A stretch of 64,000 bases of DNA from Chloroflexota bacterium. Lineage in GTDB: Bacteria > Chloroflexota > UBA11872 > VXNJ01. Made by a program: the position numbers and the translations under genes. Under the pieces are notes generated by a model. That model had not been told where the DNA came from, did not search any database, and saw nothing but the letters and a program-made list of their open reading frames with translations. The stretch covers positions 1,568,001-1,632,000 of the forward strand of contig OZ253449.1 of the NCBI GenBank assembly GCA_965261345.1, in the 5' to 3' direction. Below are positions 53,796 through 63,863 of the stretch, piece after piece. Each line of letters begins with the position of its first letter. Positions within the stretch are counted from its first letter, which is position 1.

Positions 53796-54374
53796 TTGGA
53801 TACCTCCGAAATACTTCTGCCCACCGCCCGCACCCCGCAACTTGATTCAGAGGGTTTGGCTGCGGCGGTTCGGCGGGCGCTGCCGGACATTGGCGATGGT
53901 GAACTCTGGTGGTACCGCGGCGACCTAAATGTTCGGGTTCCGCTTGAGCGAATGCACGCCTCGCTTGCCGCCTTGCGCGATGCTGACGGCCTCCAAATGC
54001 GATTTCTGGCCTCACTGACCGCGGTGCACTGGCCAGAGCGCGAGCTGGAATTTGAGCTGGTCTACCACCTGCGCTCACTTTCCCTAAATCTTTTCCTCGT
54101 CCTCAAATCGGATGTTGCGATGTCCGAATCGGTTCCCACCGCATCAGACCTGTTCCTGACCGCCGACTGGCAGGAGCGCGAATGCTACGACATGTTCGGG
54201 ATTGAATTTGCCGACCATCCCGATCTGCGGCGCATACTTATGCCGCAACCCTATCCGTGGTTCCCGCTGCGAAAGGGTTTTCCGCTCGAAGGTCCCGACT
54301 TTCCGGTCGACGGCTACCAAACCGATGCCCTGGGCAAGGTCGAAGGCGACGATTTCTGGATGGACAATCCGTGA
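53796..54374 (+). CDS. nuoC: NADH-quinone oxidoreductase subunit C
   Basis: ADWQERECYDMFGIEF..HPDLRRIL, PLRK.FP. Confidence 0.93.
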   Translation: MDTSEILLPTARTPQLDSEGLAAAVRRALPDIGDGELWWYRGDLNVRVPLERMHASLAALRDADGLQMRFLASLTAVHWPERELEFELVYHLRSLSLNLFLVLKSDVAMSESVPTASDLFLTADWQERECYDMFGIEFADHPDLRRILMPQPYPWFPLRKGFPLEGPDFPVDGYQTDALGKVEGDDFWMDNP

Positions 54375-55630
54375 GCCTGCAGATGCGCGGCAGCCACCAG
54401 CCGCTGCCCCCGCGGATGGCCGATGTGCCCTCCGACCGCATGCTGCTAAATATTGGTCCCCAGCACCCATCGACCCACGGAGTTCTGCGGGTGGTCGCCC
54501 AGGTGGCCGGCGAGACGGTCGAAAAGGCCGACTGCGACATCGGTTACCTGCACCGCGGGGTCGAAAAACTGATTGAATCACGCCTTTATTACCAGGGCAT
54601 GGTCTACACCGACCGCACCGATTACACGGCCGCCCCGGCCAACAACCTGGGCTATCTGATGGCGGTGGAAAAGCTCCTAGGGATCGAGGACCAGATCCCC
54701 GAACGGGCCCATTACCTGCGGATGATCGTAATGGAACTTGCCCGCATCTACGGACACATGATCTGGATTGGCACCCACAGCCTGGATATGGGCGCCATGA
54801 CGATGTTTCTATACGCCTTCCGCGAGCGCGAAAAGATCTCGGGTCTCTTCGAAGAGGGCTGCGGCGCTCGGCTGACCACCAATTACATGCGCGCCGGCGG
54901 TGTCGGCCGCCACGATGATCCGCCGGGCTGGCTCGAGCACGTCGAGGAATTTGCCAACGGATTTACGGTCGATGAATTCGACACGATCCTTACCAATAAC
55001 GAGATCTACCAGATGCGCACCCGCGGGGTGGGCATCTTGGAACCGGAAAAAGCGGTCAGTTATGGGGTGACCGGCCCCTCGCTGCGCGGTTCGGGCGTCG
55101 ACTGGGATCTGCGCCGCAACCGCCCCTATGCCCGCTACGATCAGGTCGATTTCGAGGTTCCGGTGTTTGACGGCTGCGACGTGTACTCGCGCTACCTGGT
55201 CCGGCTAAACGAGTTGTTCCAATCGCGCGCGATTATTCTCCAGTGCGTGGAACGGGCCCGGCAACTGGCCGGAGCGCCGGTCAATGCCAACAACGCCAGT
55301 GTCGTCTGGCCGGAAATCGAACGCGTGTCCGGTTGGGAACCGGCCGGCATGCGCGGCGACATGGAGGCGATGATCAATCACTTCAAGTTGGTCATCGAGG
55401 GCTATTCACCACCGCCGGGTGATTGTTACCTTGCGGTTGAATCGCCAAAGGGTGAGCTGGGCTTCTATTTCGTTTCCGACGGATCGGGAATCCCCTACCG
55501 CTGCCATATTCGCTCGCCCTCGTTCGTCAATCTTTCCTCGCTTACCGAAATGGTCGAGGGTGAATTGATCGCCGACCTGGTCGCCTGCATTGGCAGCATC
55601 GATATCGTCCTGGGCGAAGTGGACCGCTAG
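54371..55630 (+). CDS. nuoD: NADH-quinone oxidoreductase subunit D
   Basis: GPQHPSTHGVLR, GYLHRG.EK, ESPKGE, GEVDR; GTGA overlap with nuoC. Confidence 0.95.
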   Translation: MSLQMRGSHQPLPPRMADVPSDRMLLNIGPQHPSTHGVLRVVAQVAGETVEKADCDIGYLHRGVEKLIESRLYYQGMVYTDRTDYTAAPANNLGYLMAVEKLLGIEDQIPERAHYLRMIVMELARIYGHMIWIGTHSLDMGAMTMFLYAFREREKISGLFEEGCGARLTTNYMRAGGVGRHDDPPGWLEHVEEFANGFTVDEFDTILTNNEIYQMRTRGVGILEPEKAVSYGVTGPSLRGSGVDWDLRRNRPYARYDQVDFEVPVFDGCDVYSRYLVRLNELFQSRAIILQCVERARQLAGAPVNANNASVVWPEIERVSGWEPAGMRGDMEAMINHFKLVIEGYSPPPGDCYLAVESPKGELGFYFVSDGSGIPYRCHIRSPSFVNLSSLTEMVEGELIADLVACIGSIDIVLGEVDR

Positions 55631-55633
55631 ATC

Positions 55634-58087
55634 ATGGCCGTAAACGCACCACCGGCAACGGTCACGCTCACGATCGATGGCAAATCCGTAACCGTTCCCA
55701 GGGGTAAGACCGTTCTCCAGGCCGCCAACATCGCCGGGATCAAGGTCCCGACCCTGTGCAATCACGAGATCCTCGAACCGGTTGGCGCCTGCCGGATGTG
55801 CGTGGTCGAGATCTCGCCCGGCCCGCCGCGCCCGATGGCCTCGTGTACAACCCCGGCGGCCGACGGCATGACGGTTCAGACTAACACCGACGCGATGCAG
55901 CATATCCGGCGCCAAACGATCGAACTGTTGCTCCAGCACCACCCGCTCGACTGCCCCTACTGCGATCAGTCGGGGACCTGCGAACTTCAGGATGAGACGT
56001 TCGGATTAAACATCTGGAACAGCCCGTTTGAGACGGTTGCCAAGGCTTTCCCCGAGGAAAACCTCAACGAAGTGATCATGATCAATCACAACCGCTGCAT
56101 CCTCTGCTACCGATGCGTGCGGGTCTGTGACGAACAGATGGGGGTGCACGCCCTCGACGTTTCCGATCGTGGATCAAAGTCCTTCATCGTCACCGCCCAG
56201 CACAAATTCATGGATTGTGAACGCTGCGGGATGTGCGTGGAGGTGTGCCCGGTTGGGGCGGTGCTCTCGCGTCCGTTCAAGCACGCCGCCCGGGCCTGGC
56301 AGACCGTCCAGACCCAGACTACTTGCCCGCACTGTTCGGTTGGCTGCCAACTCCAACTAGAAACCCGCAAAGGCCAAGCGCTGCGCGCCCGGGCCCGCCC
56401 GGTTACTCAGCCCAATGAAGGGATCCTCTGCGGCAAGGGATTCTTTGGCTGGGAACACGTCAACGATCCCGACCGAATCACCAGCCCGATGATCCGCCGC
56501 GCCGGCGAGCTTACCCCGGTCGGCTGGCCCGAGGCGATCGAGCACGTCGGCGATATGCTGCTCGATATCGCCCGGCGCGAGGGTCCTGAATCGATCGCCC
56601 TCATCGGCGGCAACGAAATCTCGGTCGAGGACGCCTACACGCTTGCCCGCTTCGGACGCTCGGCCCTCGGGACGCCAAACATCTACCAGGCCGAATCCGG
56701 GTTCGCTCTCACCGCCGACGTGATTGAGCGAAATCTTGGGAGCGCCGCGCTCTTCCCTGACCAGGACGTGGTGCTAAATTCCGACTTTGCGCTTGTCTTT
56801 GGCGCCGACGTAAACGGCACCCACAACGTCTTAGCGGCCCACATGAAGGCCGCCGCCCGGAAGGGCCAGATGGCCTACGCCACCGCCTTTAGGGTTGGAT
56901 CGGGCCTGGACATATTTGCCCAGCGCAAGGTCAGAGTAAAACCCGGCATGGAAGCCGATTTCCTCTACGCCCTGGCCAACCCGACCGCCGCCGCAGCGGC
57001 CGGGCTGGATCTAGAACCCGGCGAGCTTTCCGGATTGGCCCAATCGCTAGCCAAGGCCGAGCGCCCGTTCTTAATCTGGGACACCGGTGCCTGGATGCGC
57101 GGTCGAGAGGCCGAGATCGCAATCGCGGCCTGCCGGCTGGTCAAATCGCTCGGACTCAAACTCTGTCCCCTGCCTGAAACCGCCAACGCCGCCGGGGTCT
57201 GGCAGGTTGGGCTCTGCCCCGAGCTTCTGCCGGGCCGCTTCCAGGCCGATTCGGCCGAAGCCCAAGAAAAACTAAGCGCAACCTGGAACAGCCCATCGGC
57301 CGGAGTGGGAAAGAGTTTCAACCAAGCCATCGCCGACGAGGGCCTGGCCGCGGCCTACCTGGTCGGACTCGAAGACCCGAGCCAACTTCCTGGTGGAATC
57401 GCCAGCGCCGCGGCCCTCGAGGCGGCGCGATTAGTCATCGTCCAGGCAACCCATTCGGGGGCGCTGACCGAAATCGCCGACGTGGTCCTCCCGGGCGCGC
57501 TGCCGGCCGAAAAGGACGGGCACCTGGTCTCGTTTGAGGGACGCGCCAATCCATTGCAGGTGGCCCTGCCACCGCCGGGCGAGGCCCGCCCCGATTGGGA
57601 GATCACCGCCCGCCTGGCCGCTTATCTTGGATTTGATTTTGGCCACCGCAATGCCGAATCACTCTGGGGCGAGTTGGCAATATTTGGTTGCGCCCAGGTG
57701 CACCCGGCGCCGGCGATGGCCGGAGCGGGCATCGGCAACGGCCATCTGCCGGGGCCGACCGCCGATCTGCCCCTGATCCTGGCCAACGAGACCAATTTGT
57801 TTACCGGCAGCAAGAATCTGCGCCGCGGCGAAACATTACCTGAGATCTATTCCGATTGCGTTGAAATCGGGCCGTCCGATGCCGATTGGCTCGGCCTGGC
57901 CGATGCCGATCGGGCCACCCTGCGTTCGGTTTCGGGATCGCTTGAGGTGGACGTAAAGGTGAGCGAACGGGTCCCGGCCGGAGTCGTCTACCTGGCCGAC
58001 GGCCTGGCCGCTGCGGCCAGCGAGCGCCTCTATTCCGATGGCGCCGACGGCCGACCGGTATCGCTGCGTAAGGGGCCTGGCGCCTAG
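55634..58087 (+). CDS. nuoG: NADH-quinone oxidoreductase subunit G
   Basis: [2Fe-2S] GACRMC, HPLDCPYC, CILCYRCVRVC, CERCGMCVEVCP, CPHCSVGC; molybdopterin-fold C-terminus. Confidence 0.88.
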   Translation: MAVNAPPATVTLTIDGKSVTVPRGKTVLQAANIAGIKVPTLCNHEILEPVGACRMCVVEISPGPPRPMASCTTPAADGMTVQTNTDAMQHIRRQTIELLLQHHPLDCPYCDQSGTCELQDETFGLNIWNSPFETVAKAFPEENLNEVIMINHNRCILCYRCVRVCDEQMGVHALDVSDRGSKSFIVTAQHKFMDCERCGMCVEVCPVGAVLSRPFKHAARAWQTVQTQTTCPHCSVGCQLQLETRKGQALRARARPVTQPNEGILCGKGFFGWEHVNDPDRITSPMIRRAGELTPVGWPEAIEHVGDMLLDIARREGPESIALIGGNEISVEDAYTLARFGRSALGTPNIYQAESGFALTADVIERNLGSAALFPDQDVVLNSDFALVFGADVNGTHNVLAAHMKAAARKGQMAYATAFRVGSGLDIFAQRKVRVKPGMEADFLYALANPTAAAAAGLDLEPGELSGLAQSLAKAERPFLIWDTGAWMRGREAEIAIAACRLVKSLGLKLCPLPETANAAGVWQVGLCPELLPGRFQADSAEAQEKLSATWNSPSAGVGKSFNQAIADEGLAAAYLVGLEDPSQLPGGIASAAALEAARLVIVQATHSGALTEIADVVLPGALPAEKDGHLVSFEGRANPLQVALPPPGEARPDWEITARLAAYLGFDFGHRNAESLWGELAIFGCAQVHPAPAMAGAGIGNGHLPGPTADLPLILANETNLFTGSKNLRRGETLPEIYSDCVEIGPSDADWLGLADADRATLRSVSGSLEVDVKVSERVPAGVVYLADGLAAAASERLYSDGADGRPVSLRKGPGA

Positions 58088-59089
58088 ATGGACGGCTGGG
58101 ATGTTCTCATCCTGCTGATCAAGGGCGTGGTCGTAATGGCCGTGTTCGTCACCAGCCCGATGATCTGGGTACTGGCCGAACGCAAGTACCTGGGTCGAAT
58201 CCAGTCTCGCTATGGACCCAACCGGGTGGGCCCCTGGGGAATGTTGCAAACGATCGTCGACGGACTAAAGCTTGGGACCAAGGAAGACATCATCCCGCCC
58301 TGGGGCGATAAGGCCGTATTCTGGCTGGCCCCACTGTTTATGCTCGTGCCGGCCGCCGCCGCCTGGGCGGTTATCCCACTCGGTCCGCAGGTGGAAATCG
58401 GACGCACGATCCATCTCTGGATAACCGACATGAACGTGGCCCTGCTTTTTGTTTTGGCGCTGGGCTCGCTCAATGCCTACGGCCCGGTGATGTCGGGTTG
58501 GTCGTCCAATTCCAAATACGCCCACTTCGGGGCCCTGCGCTCGTCGGCGCAGATCATCTCCTACGAGATCTCACTGGGCCTTGCGGTGCTGGGGGTCCTA
58601 ATGTACGCTGGTTCGTTCTCACTCATCGACATCGTCGAGTCGCAATCACACATGTGGCACATCGTCCCTCAGATGCTCGGATTTTTGATCTTCCTGGTGT
58701 CGATAGTGGCCGAAACCAATCGCGTTCCCTTCGACCTGCCCGAGGCCGAAACCGAAATCGTGGCCGGATATCACGTTGAGTACTCGGGAATGCGCTGGGC
58801 CTTTTTCTTCATGGCCGAGTACGCCAACATGCTCCTCGGGTCATTTTTGGTGGCGGTACTGTTCCTGGGCGGATGGCACGGCTGGACGATCCCCGGGCTC
58901 GAGGGCATTTCCGGGGTCATCTGGATTGTTGCCAAGGCCGTAACCGTCATGTTCCTGTTCATACTGCTGCGGGGTACCCTGCCGCGGCTTCGCTACGACC
59001 AACTGATGGCGTTTTGCTGGAAGATACTGCTTCCAGCCGGTGTGATTAACCTGGCTTTGGCCACGGTATTGCGGATTTTTTGGAGCTAG
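58088..59089 (+). CDS. nuoH: NADH-quinone oxidoreductase subunit H
   Basis: ERK...Q.RYGPN, SYE, AETNRVPFDLPEAE, RLRYDQ. Confidence 0.96.
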   Translation: MDGWDVLILLIKGVVVMAVFVTSPMIWVLAERKYLGRIQSRYGPNRVGPWGMLQTIVDGLKLGTKEDIIPPWGDKAVFWLAPLFMLVPAAAAWAVIPLGPQVEIGRTIHLWITDMNVALLFVLALGSLNAYGPVMSGWSSNSKYAHFGALRSSAQIISYEISLGLAVLGVLMYAGSFSLIDIVESQSHMWHIVPQMLGFLIFLVSIVAETNRVPFDLPEAETEIVAGYHVEYSGMRWAFFFMAEYANMLLGSFLVAVLFLGGWHGWTIPGLEGISGVIWIVAKAVTVMFLFILLRGTLPRLRYDQLMAFCWKILLPAGVINLALATVLRIFWS

Positions 59090-59098
59090 GAATAACAC

Positions 59099-59548
59099 AT
59101 GTTTGGTAAGGGAATGCTCCTCGGCATGGCCAAGATCTTCTCGGCTGGCTTCCGCAAACCGGTCACCTATCTTTATCCCGAGCAGCCTCGCCCGGTGGCC
59201 GAGCGCTTCCGCGGCATGGTCGGAATGCGGCGCGACGAGGTCACCGACCTGCTCTCATGTGTTGGCTGCGGGCTCTGCGAGACCGCCTGCCCCAACGACG
59301 TGATTCGCATCGACACCTCCGAGGCCGATGACGGGACCCGGTGGGTCGAGCGCTATGAATTCGACCTGGGTCGCTGCATCTACTGCTACCTGTGCATCGA
59401 GGCCTGCCCGGTGGACGCGCTCCAAGTTACCCACGCCTACCACACGGTTACCCCTGACCGGGCGGAACTTGTAATTACCGCCGACAGGATGATGGAGATG
59501 TGGGAAGACTCCGACCAACAGCTCTACCCGCACCATTGGGAAAAGTAG
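59099..59548 (+). CDS. nuoI: NADH-quinone oxidoreductase subunit I
   Basis: YPEQ...RFRG, two CxxCxxCxxxCP motifs. Confidence 0.94.
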   Translation: MFGKGMLLGMAKIFSAGFRKPVTYLYPEQPRPVAERFRGMVGMRRDEVTDLLSCVGCGLCETACPNDVIRIDTSEADDGTRWVERYEFDLGRCIYCYLCIEACPVDALQVTHAYHTVTPDRAELVITADRMMEMWEDSDQQLYPHHWEK

Positions 59549-59552
59549 GGCC

Positions 59553-60176
59553 GTGACCGAGACCGCGTTCGTCTATCTGTCGGTGGTCGCCGTCCTCAGC
59601 GGGGCCGCCACAGTGTTTCTGCGCAGCCCGATCCACTCGGCCCTGGCCCTGGTGCTGACCGTTTTCCACGTGGCCGGGCTGCTGGTGATCATGGGATCCG
59701 GGTTTCTGGGCGTGCTAAATGTCCTCGTCTACGCAGGCGCGATCATCGTTTTATTCCTGTTTACGATGATGCTGCTAAATCTTCACCAGCAGGAGGACGA
59801 GCGCTATCTGCACCGCTATCAGACCTGGCTGGGAATCCCGCTCGGCGGGTTGCTGCTAATCGAAGCGGTCTGGGTTGCCGCCGCCCAGGCCAATCCACTT
59901 CCAGACCAGCAGGGTTTCTACTCGCCGGCTGCAATCGATGCCGCCGGGGGATCGGCCCGTGCCGCTGCCGAGGTGATCTTCTCCCAATATGCTTTGCCCT
60001 TTGAGGTGGCCGGGGTGCTTTTAATGGCTGCCTCGATTGCCGGATTGGTGCTGGCTCGCCGGGCATCGGATGATGGGGAAGTTGCCGATGAAGTCGATCT
60101 AATAACCGATGCGGCCGGGGCTGAGTACGTGGCCGCGCTGGAAGGCGATCATGCCGGATCGGAAGCTGGACATTGA
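59553..60176 (+). CDS. nuoJ: NADH-quinone oxidoreductase subunit J
   Basis: VYAGAIIVLFLF..M, Y.LPFE. Confidence 0.93.
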   Translation: MTETAFVYLSVVAVLSGAATVFLRSPIHSALALVLTVFHVAGLLVIMGSGFLGVLNVLVYAGAIIVLFLFTMMLLNLHQQEDERYLHRYQTWLGIPLGGLLLIEAVWVAAAQANPLPDQQGFYSPAAIDAAGGSARAAAEVIFSQYALPFEVAGVLLMAASIAGLVLARRASDDGEVADEVDLITDAAGAEYVAALEGDHAGSEAGH

Positions 60177-60478
60177 GCCTGGCGCTTTCCTCCTACCTGG
60201 TGGTCGGGGCGATCCTCTTCTCGCTCGGGGCAGTCGGCGTCCTTGTTCGGCGCAACATCATCGTCGTTTTTCTCTCGGTCGAGCTGATGCTCCAGGGCGC
60301 AATCCTTACCATCGGCGCTTTTGCGGTCTACAACTTCGACATGGCCGGTTACATGCTGGTGCTCTTGACCCTTACGATCGCCGCCGCCGAGGCGGTCGTG
60401 GGCCTGGCGATCCTGGTCGCGCTCTCACGCCAGATCTCTGGTTTCTTCGTTGACCGGCTCTCGAGCCTGAGGGGCTAA
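60173..60478 (+). CDS. nuoK: NADH-quinone oxidoreductase subunit K
   Basis: RRN...SVELML, AAAEAVVGLA, C-terminal LRG. Confidence 0.94.
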   Translation: MSLALSSYLVVGAILFSLGAVGVLVRRNIIVVFLSVELMLQGAILTIGAFAVYNFDMAGYMLVLLTLTIAAAEAVVGLAILVALSRQISGFFVDRLSSLRG

Positions 60479-60491
60479 GAGCCAAGACTTT

Positions 60492-62396
60492 ATGGCGCAG
60501 ATTGCCTGGTTGATTCCCGCCCTGCCGCTGGCCGCATTCCTAATCAACGGGGTCTTTGGGCCACGCTTTCTGGGACGCATCGCCGGAGTGATCGCCTCGT
60601 TGGCGATCGGGGCCTCGTTTGTTGTAGTTGTGGCGCTGTGGATTGATCTTCCATCAGAAGGCTCGCCCGATCGCCAACAGGAGCTCTACCGCTGGGTGGC
60701 CTCGGGCGATCTCGTGGTCAGCATAGGCTTCCTGCTAGATGAGCTCGCGGTCGTGATGCTGCTGGTCGTTACCGGCGTCAGCTTCCTCGTCCACGTCTAT
60801 TCGACCGCCTACATGGCCCACGACCCCGCCCACGCGCGCTTTTTCGTATGGCTGCCGCTGTTCGTCTTCTCGATGATCCTGCTGGTGATGGCCGACAACT
60901 TCCTGCTCCTGTTTGTCTTCTGGGAAATGGTTGGTGTCTGTTCCTATCTCCTGATTGGTTTCTGGCATCGTCGCAACAGCGCCAACGACGCCGCGATCAA
61001 GGCTTTTGTCACCAACCGGATCGGCGACTTCGGATTCGCTGGTGGGGTGTTTTTGGTCTTTTGGACTTTCGGGACGCTCGACTACCTCTCGGTTCATGCT
61101 CAGGTATCCCAGGCCTCGGCCGGGGTGTTGCTGGCGATCGCCCTGCTGCTGTTTGTGGGAGCGATGGGCAAGTCGGCCCAGTTTCCGCTCCACGTCTGGC
61201 TGCCGGACGCGATGGAGGGCCCCACCCCGGTTTCGGCGCTAATCCACGCCGCCACCATGGTCACCGCCGGGGTCTACATGGTCGCCCGCCACTCGGTAAT
61301 CTTTGAAGCTTCCGGTGATGCGCTCATCATCGTGGGGGCGACTGGGGCCTTCACCGCCCTGCTGGCGGCCACGATCGGCTGTGTCCAGACCGACATCAAA
61401 CGGGTGCTGGCCTATTCGACCGTCTCGCAGCTGGGACTAATGTTTTTGGGGCTCGGCGCCGGGGTCTATGCGGCGGCGATATTCCACCTGGTAACCCACG
61501 CGTTCTTCAAGGCCCTGCTGTTTCTTGGCTCCGGCTCGGTCATCCATGCGATGGACGATGAGCAGGACATGCGCAGCTACGGCGGCCTGGCCCGTAAATT
61601 GCCCTGGACCTACGTGACCTTTTTGATCGGCGGCCTGGCCCTTGCGGCGATATTCCCGCTGGCGGGCTTTTGGAGCAAGGATGAGCTGGTGGCCTCGGCT
61701 TTTGCCGCCGGCGCCTCGGCCGATGGCAACTGGTGGTACCTGGTTTTCTTTGCCGCCGGGCTTTTGACCTCGCTGCTGACCGCCTTCTACACGATCCGGA
61801 TGATCGTGCTCACCTTTCACGGCCGTCCGCGCGACCAGAAGCTGCACGACCATGCCCATGAATCACCGGTCGCGATGGTCGCCCCGCTGGTGATCCTGGC
61901 CGCCCTGGCGATAGTGGCCGGCGGTCTGCTCGGTTTTCCACCCGAGCACGGGGCGATCCACGAGTACCTCGGGGTCGTCCTGCACTCGGTCCACTTCGAT
62001 CTGACCGGTGACGAGACGCTCACCGTACTGATTGCTTTAGCTTCCACTGCGGTAGCGGCCGGCGGAGCCGCCCTGGCGGTTGCCGCCTACGGCCGCGGAG
62101 TTGTTTCGCCACAGAAACTGGCGCGCTTTTTTCCGGGTTTCTACCGCCTGGCCAGTGAGAAGTACTATCTTGACCACATAACCGACCAGGTGGTGGTGGC
62201 CGGGACCCGCACCAGCGCATTCTTCCTCTGGGGGATCGATGCGCGGGTGGTCGATGGGATCGTAAACCTTATTGGCTGGCTGGTTCGGGCGATCGCCGCG
62301 GTCTCGCGTCGCCTCCAGACCGGCCAGGTCCAAAACTACGCCCTACTGGTGCTAATCGGCGTCGTGGCCGTCGTCGGCTCGCTGCTCCTGGCATGA
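60492..62396 (+). CDS. nuoL: NADH-quinone oxidoreductase subunit L
   Basis: NRIGD, GKSAQFPLHVWLPDAMEGPTPVSALIHAATMV, HAFFKALLF. Confidence 0.96.
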   Translation: MAQIAWLIPALPLAAFLINGVFGPRFLGRIAGVIASLAIGASFVVVVALWIDLPSEGSPDRQQELYRWVASGDLVVSIGFLLDELAVVMLLVVTGVSFLVHVYSTAYMAHDPAHARFFVWLPLFVFSMILLVMADNFLLLFVFWEMVGVCSYLLIGFWHRRNSANDAAIKAFVTNRIGDFGFAGGVFLVFWTFGTLDYLSVHAQVSQASAGVLLAIALLLFVGAMGKSAQFPLHVWLPDAMEGPTPVSALIHAATMVTAGVYMVARHSVIFEASGDALIIVGATGAFTALLAATIGCVQTDIKRVLAYSTVSQLGLMFLGLGAGVYAAAIFHLVTHAFFKALLFLGSGSVIHAMDDEQDMRSYGGLARKLPWTYVTFLIGGLALAAIFPLAGFWSKDELVASAFAAGASADGNWWYLVFFAAGLLTSLLTAFYTIRMIVLTFHGRPRDQKLHDHAHESPVAMVAPLVILAALAIVAGGLLGFPPEHGAIHEYLGVVLHSVHFDLTGDETLTVLIALASTAVAAGGAALAVAAYGRGVVSPQKLARFFPGFYRLASEKYYLDHITDQVVVAGTRTSAFFLWGIDARVVDGIVNLIGWLVRAIAAVSRRLQTGQVQNYALLVLIGVVAVVGSLLLA

Positions 62397-62404
62397 GTAT
62401 CTAG

Positions 62405-63862
62405 ATGCCTGAAGCCTCCGCGCCACCGCTGCTTTCGCTGAGCCTGTGGCTACCGCTGGCCGGCGCGGTGGTGGTTTGGATGATGCGCACGCGCCAGGCC
62501 GCCACCGCCGCCGCCTTGTTTTTCTCGCTGCTAACGCTCGGCGCCATTTTGATGGTGGTGTTTGGTTTCGACAGCCAGGTTGCCGGTTACCAATTTGCCG
62601 AGCAGCGCGAGTGGATTCCCCAGTTCGGCTTGCAATACAAGCTGGGGGTGGACGGAATATCAATCCTGATGCTGCTCCTGACCGGTTTACTAACGCCGAT
62701 CGTAATCGGCGTCTCCTGGCTCTCGATCTCCGACCGCACCCGTGAATACATGGCGGCGATGCTGCTGCTGGAAACCGGGATGGTCGGCGTCTTTATCTCG
62801 CTCGATCTGGTCCTCTTCTACGTGTTCTGGGAAGTGGTCCTGATTCCGATGTACCTGATCATCGGGGTCTGGGGCGGACCGCGCCGGATCTACGCGGCGA
62901 TCAAGTTTTTCCTGTTCACCTTCGTGGGCTCGGTGCTGATGCTGGTGGCCATCATTGCCATCGGGCTCGACGCAGGTTCATTCGACATCGAAGCGCTGCC
63001 CAACATCGGGATCACCCAATCGTTGCAGTTCTGGGTGTTTATTGCCTTCTTTGCCGCGTTCGCGATCAAGATCCCGATGTTTCCATTCCACACCTGGCTG
63101 CCTGATGCGCATGTTGAGGCCCCCACCGGTGGCAGCGTGATCCTGGCCGGGGTGCTGCTAAAGATGGGCGGCTACGGCTTCCTGCGGCTAGTGCTGCCGC
63201 TCAGCCCGCAGGCGGTCGACGAATTCCGGGTGGCGGTGATCGTGCTCTCGGTGGTGGGGATCATCTATGGCGCGATGGTGGCGATGTCGCAGCGAGACGT
63301 GAAAAAACTGATCGCCTACTCTTCGGTTTCGCACATGGGTTTCGTAACTCTTGGCATCTTTTCGGGAAATCAGCAGGCCTTAGATGGGGCGATCATCCAG
63401 ATGTTCTCGCACGGCCTGATCACCGGCGCGCTTTTCCTCTGCGTTGGTGTGGTCTACGATCGCACCCACACCCGCCAGTTCTCCGACCTGGGCGGGTTGG
63501 CCGAACGCCTGCCGGTGTTTGCCGCAGTGCTTGGCTTTTTCACCCTGGCCTCGCTGGGCCTGCCGACGATGAGCGGGTTCGTGGGTGAGTTCCTGGTGCT
63601 GATAGGGGCCTTCGGCTATTCCTACCTGGCCGGATTCGGCGCGCTGGTGGGGGTGATCCTGGCCGCCGCCTACATGCTCTGGATGTACAAGCGGCTAATG
63701 CTCGGCACCGTCAACGACAACTTTGCCGGAATAACTGACCTAAATCGCATCGAAGGCGCGGCTCTGGCCCCGCTGGCAGGGCTGGTGCTCTGGGTCGGGA
63801 TCGCACCCGATCCCTTCGTTGCGATGCTCTCCGTGGCCACCGGCCAGCTGCTGGGTCCCTAA
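62405..63862 (+). CDS. nuoM: NADH-quinone oxidoreductase subunit M
   Basis: FYVFWE, PFHTWLPDAHVEAP, LLKMG, AYSSVSHMG. Confidence 0.96.
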   Translation: MPEASAPPLLSLSLWLPLAGAVVVWMMRTRQAATAAALFFSLLTLGAILMVVFGFDSQVAGYQFAEQREWIPQFGLQYKLGVDGISILMLLLTGLLTPIVIGVSWLSISDRTREYMAAMLLLETGMVGVFISLDLVLFYVFWEVVLIPMYLIIGVWGGPRRIYAAIKFFLFTFVGSVLMLVAIIAIGLDAGSFDIEALPNIGITQSLQFWVFIAFFAAFAIKIPMFPFHTWLPDAHVEAPTGGSVILAGVLLKMGGYGFLRLVLPLSPQAVDEFRVAVIVLSVVGIIYGAMVAMSQRDVKKLIAYSSVSHMGFVTLGIFSGNQQALDGAIIQMFSHGLITGALFLCVGVVYDRTHTRQFSDLGGLAERLPVFAAVLGFFTLASLGLPTMSGFVGEFLVLIGAFGYSYLAGFGALVGVILAAAYMLWMYKRLMLGTVNDNFAGITDLNRIEGAALAPLAGLVLWVGIAPDPFVAMLSVATGQLLGP

Positions 63863-63863
63863 G

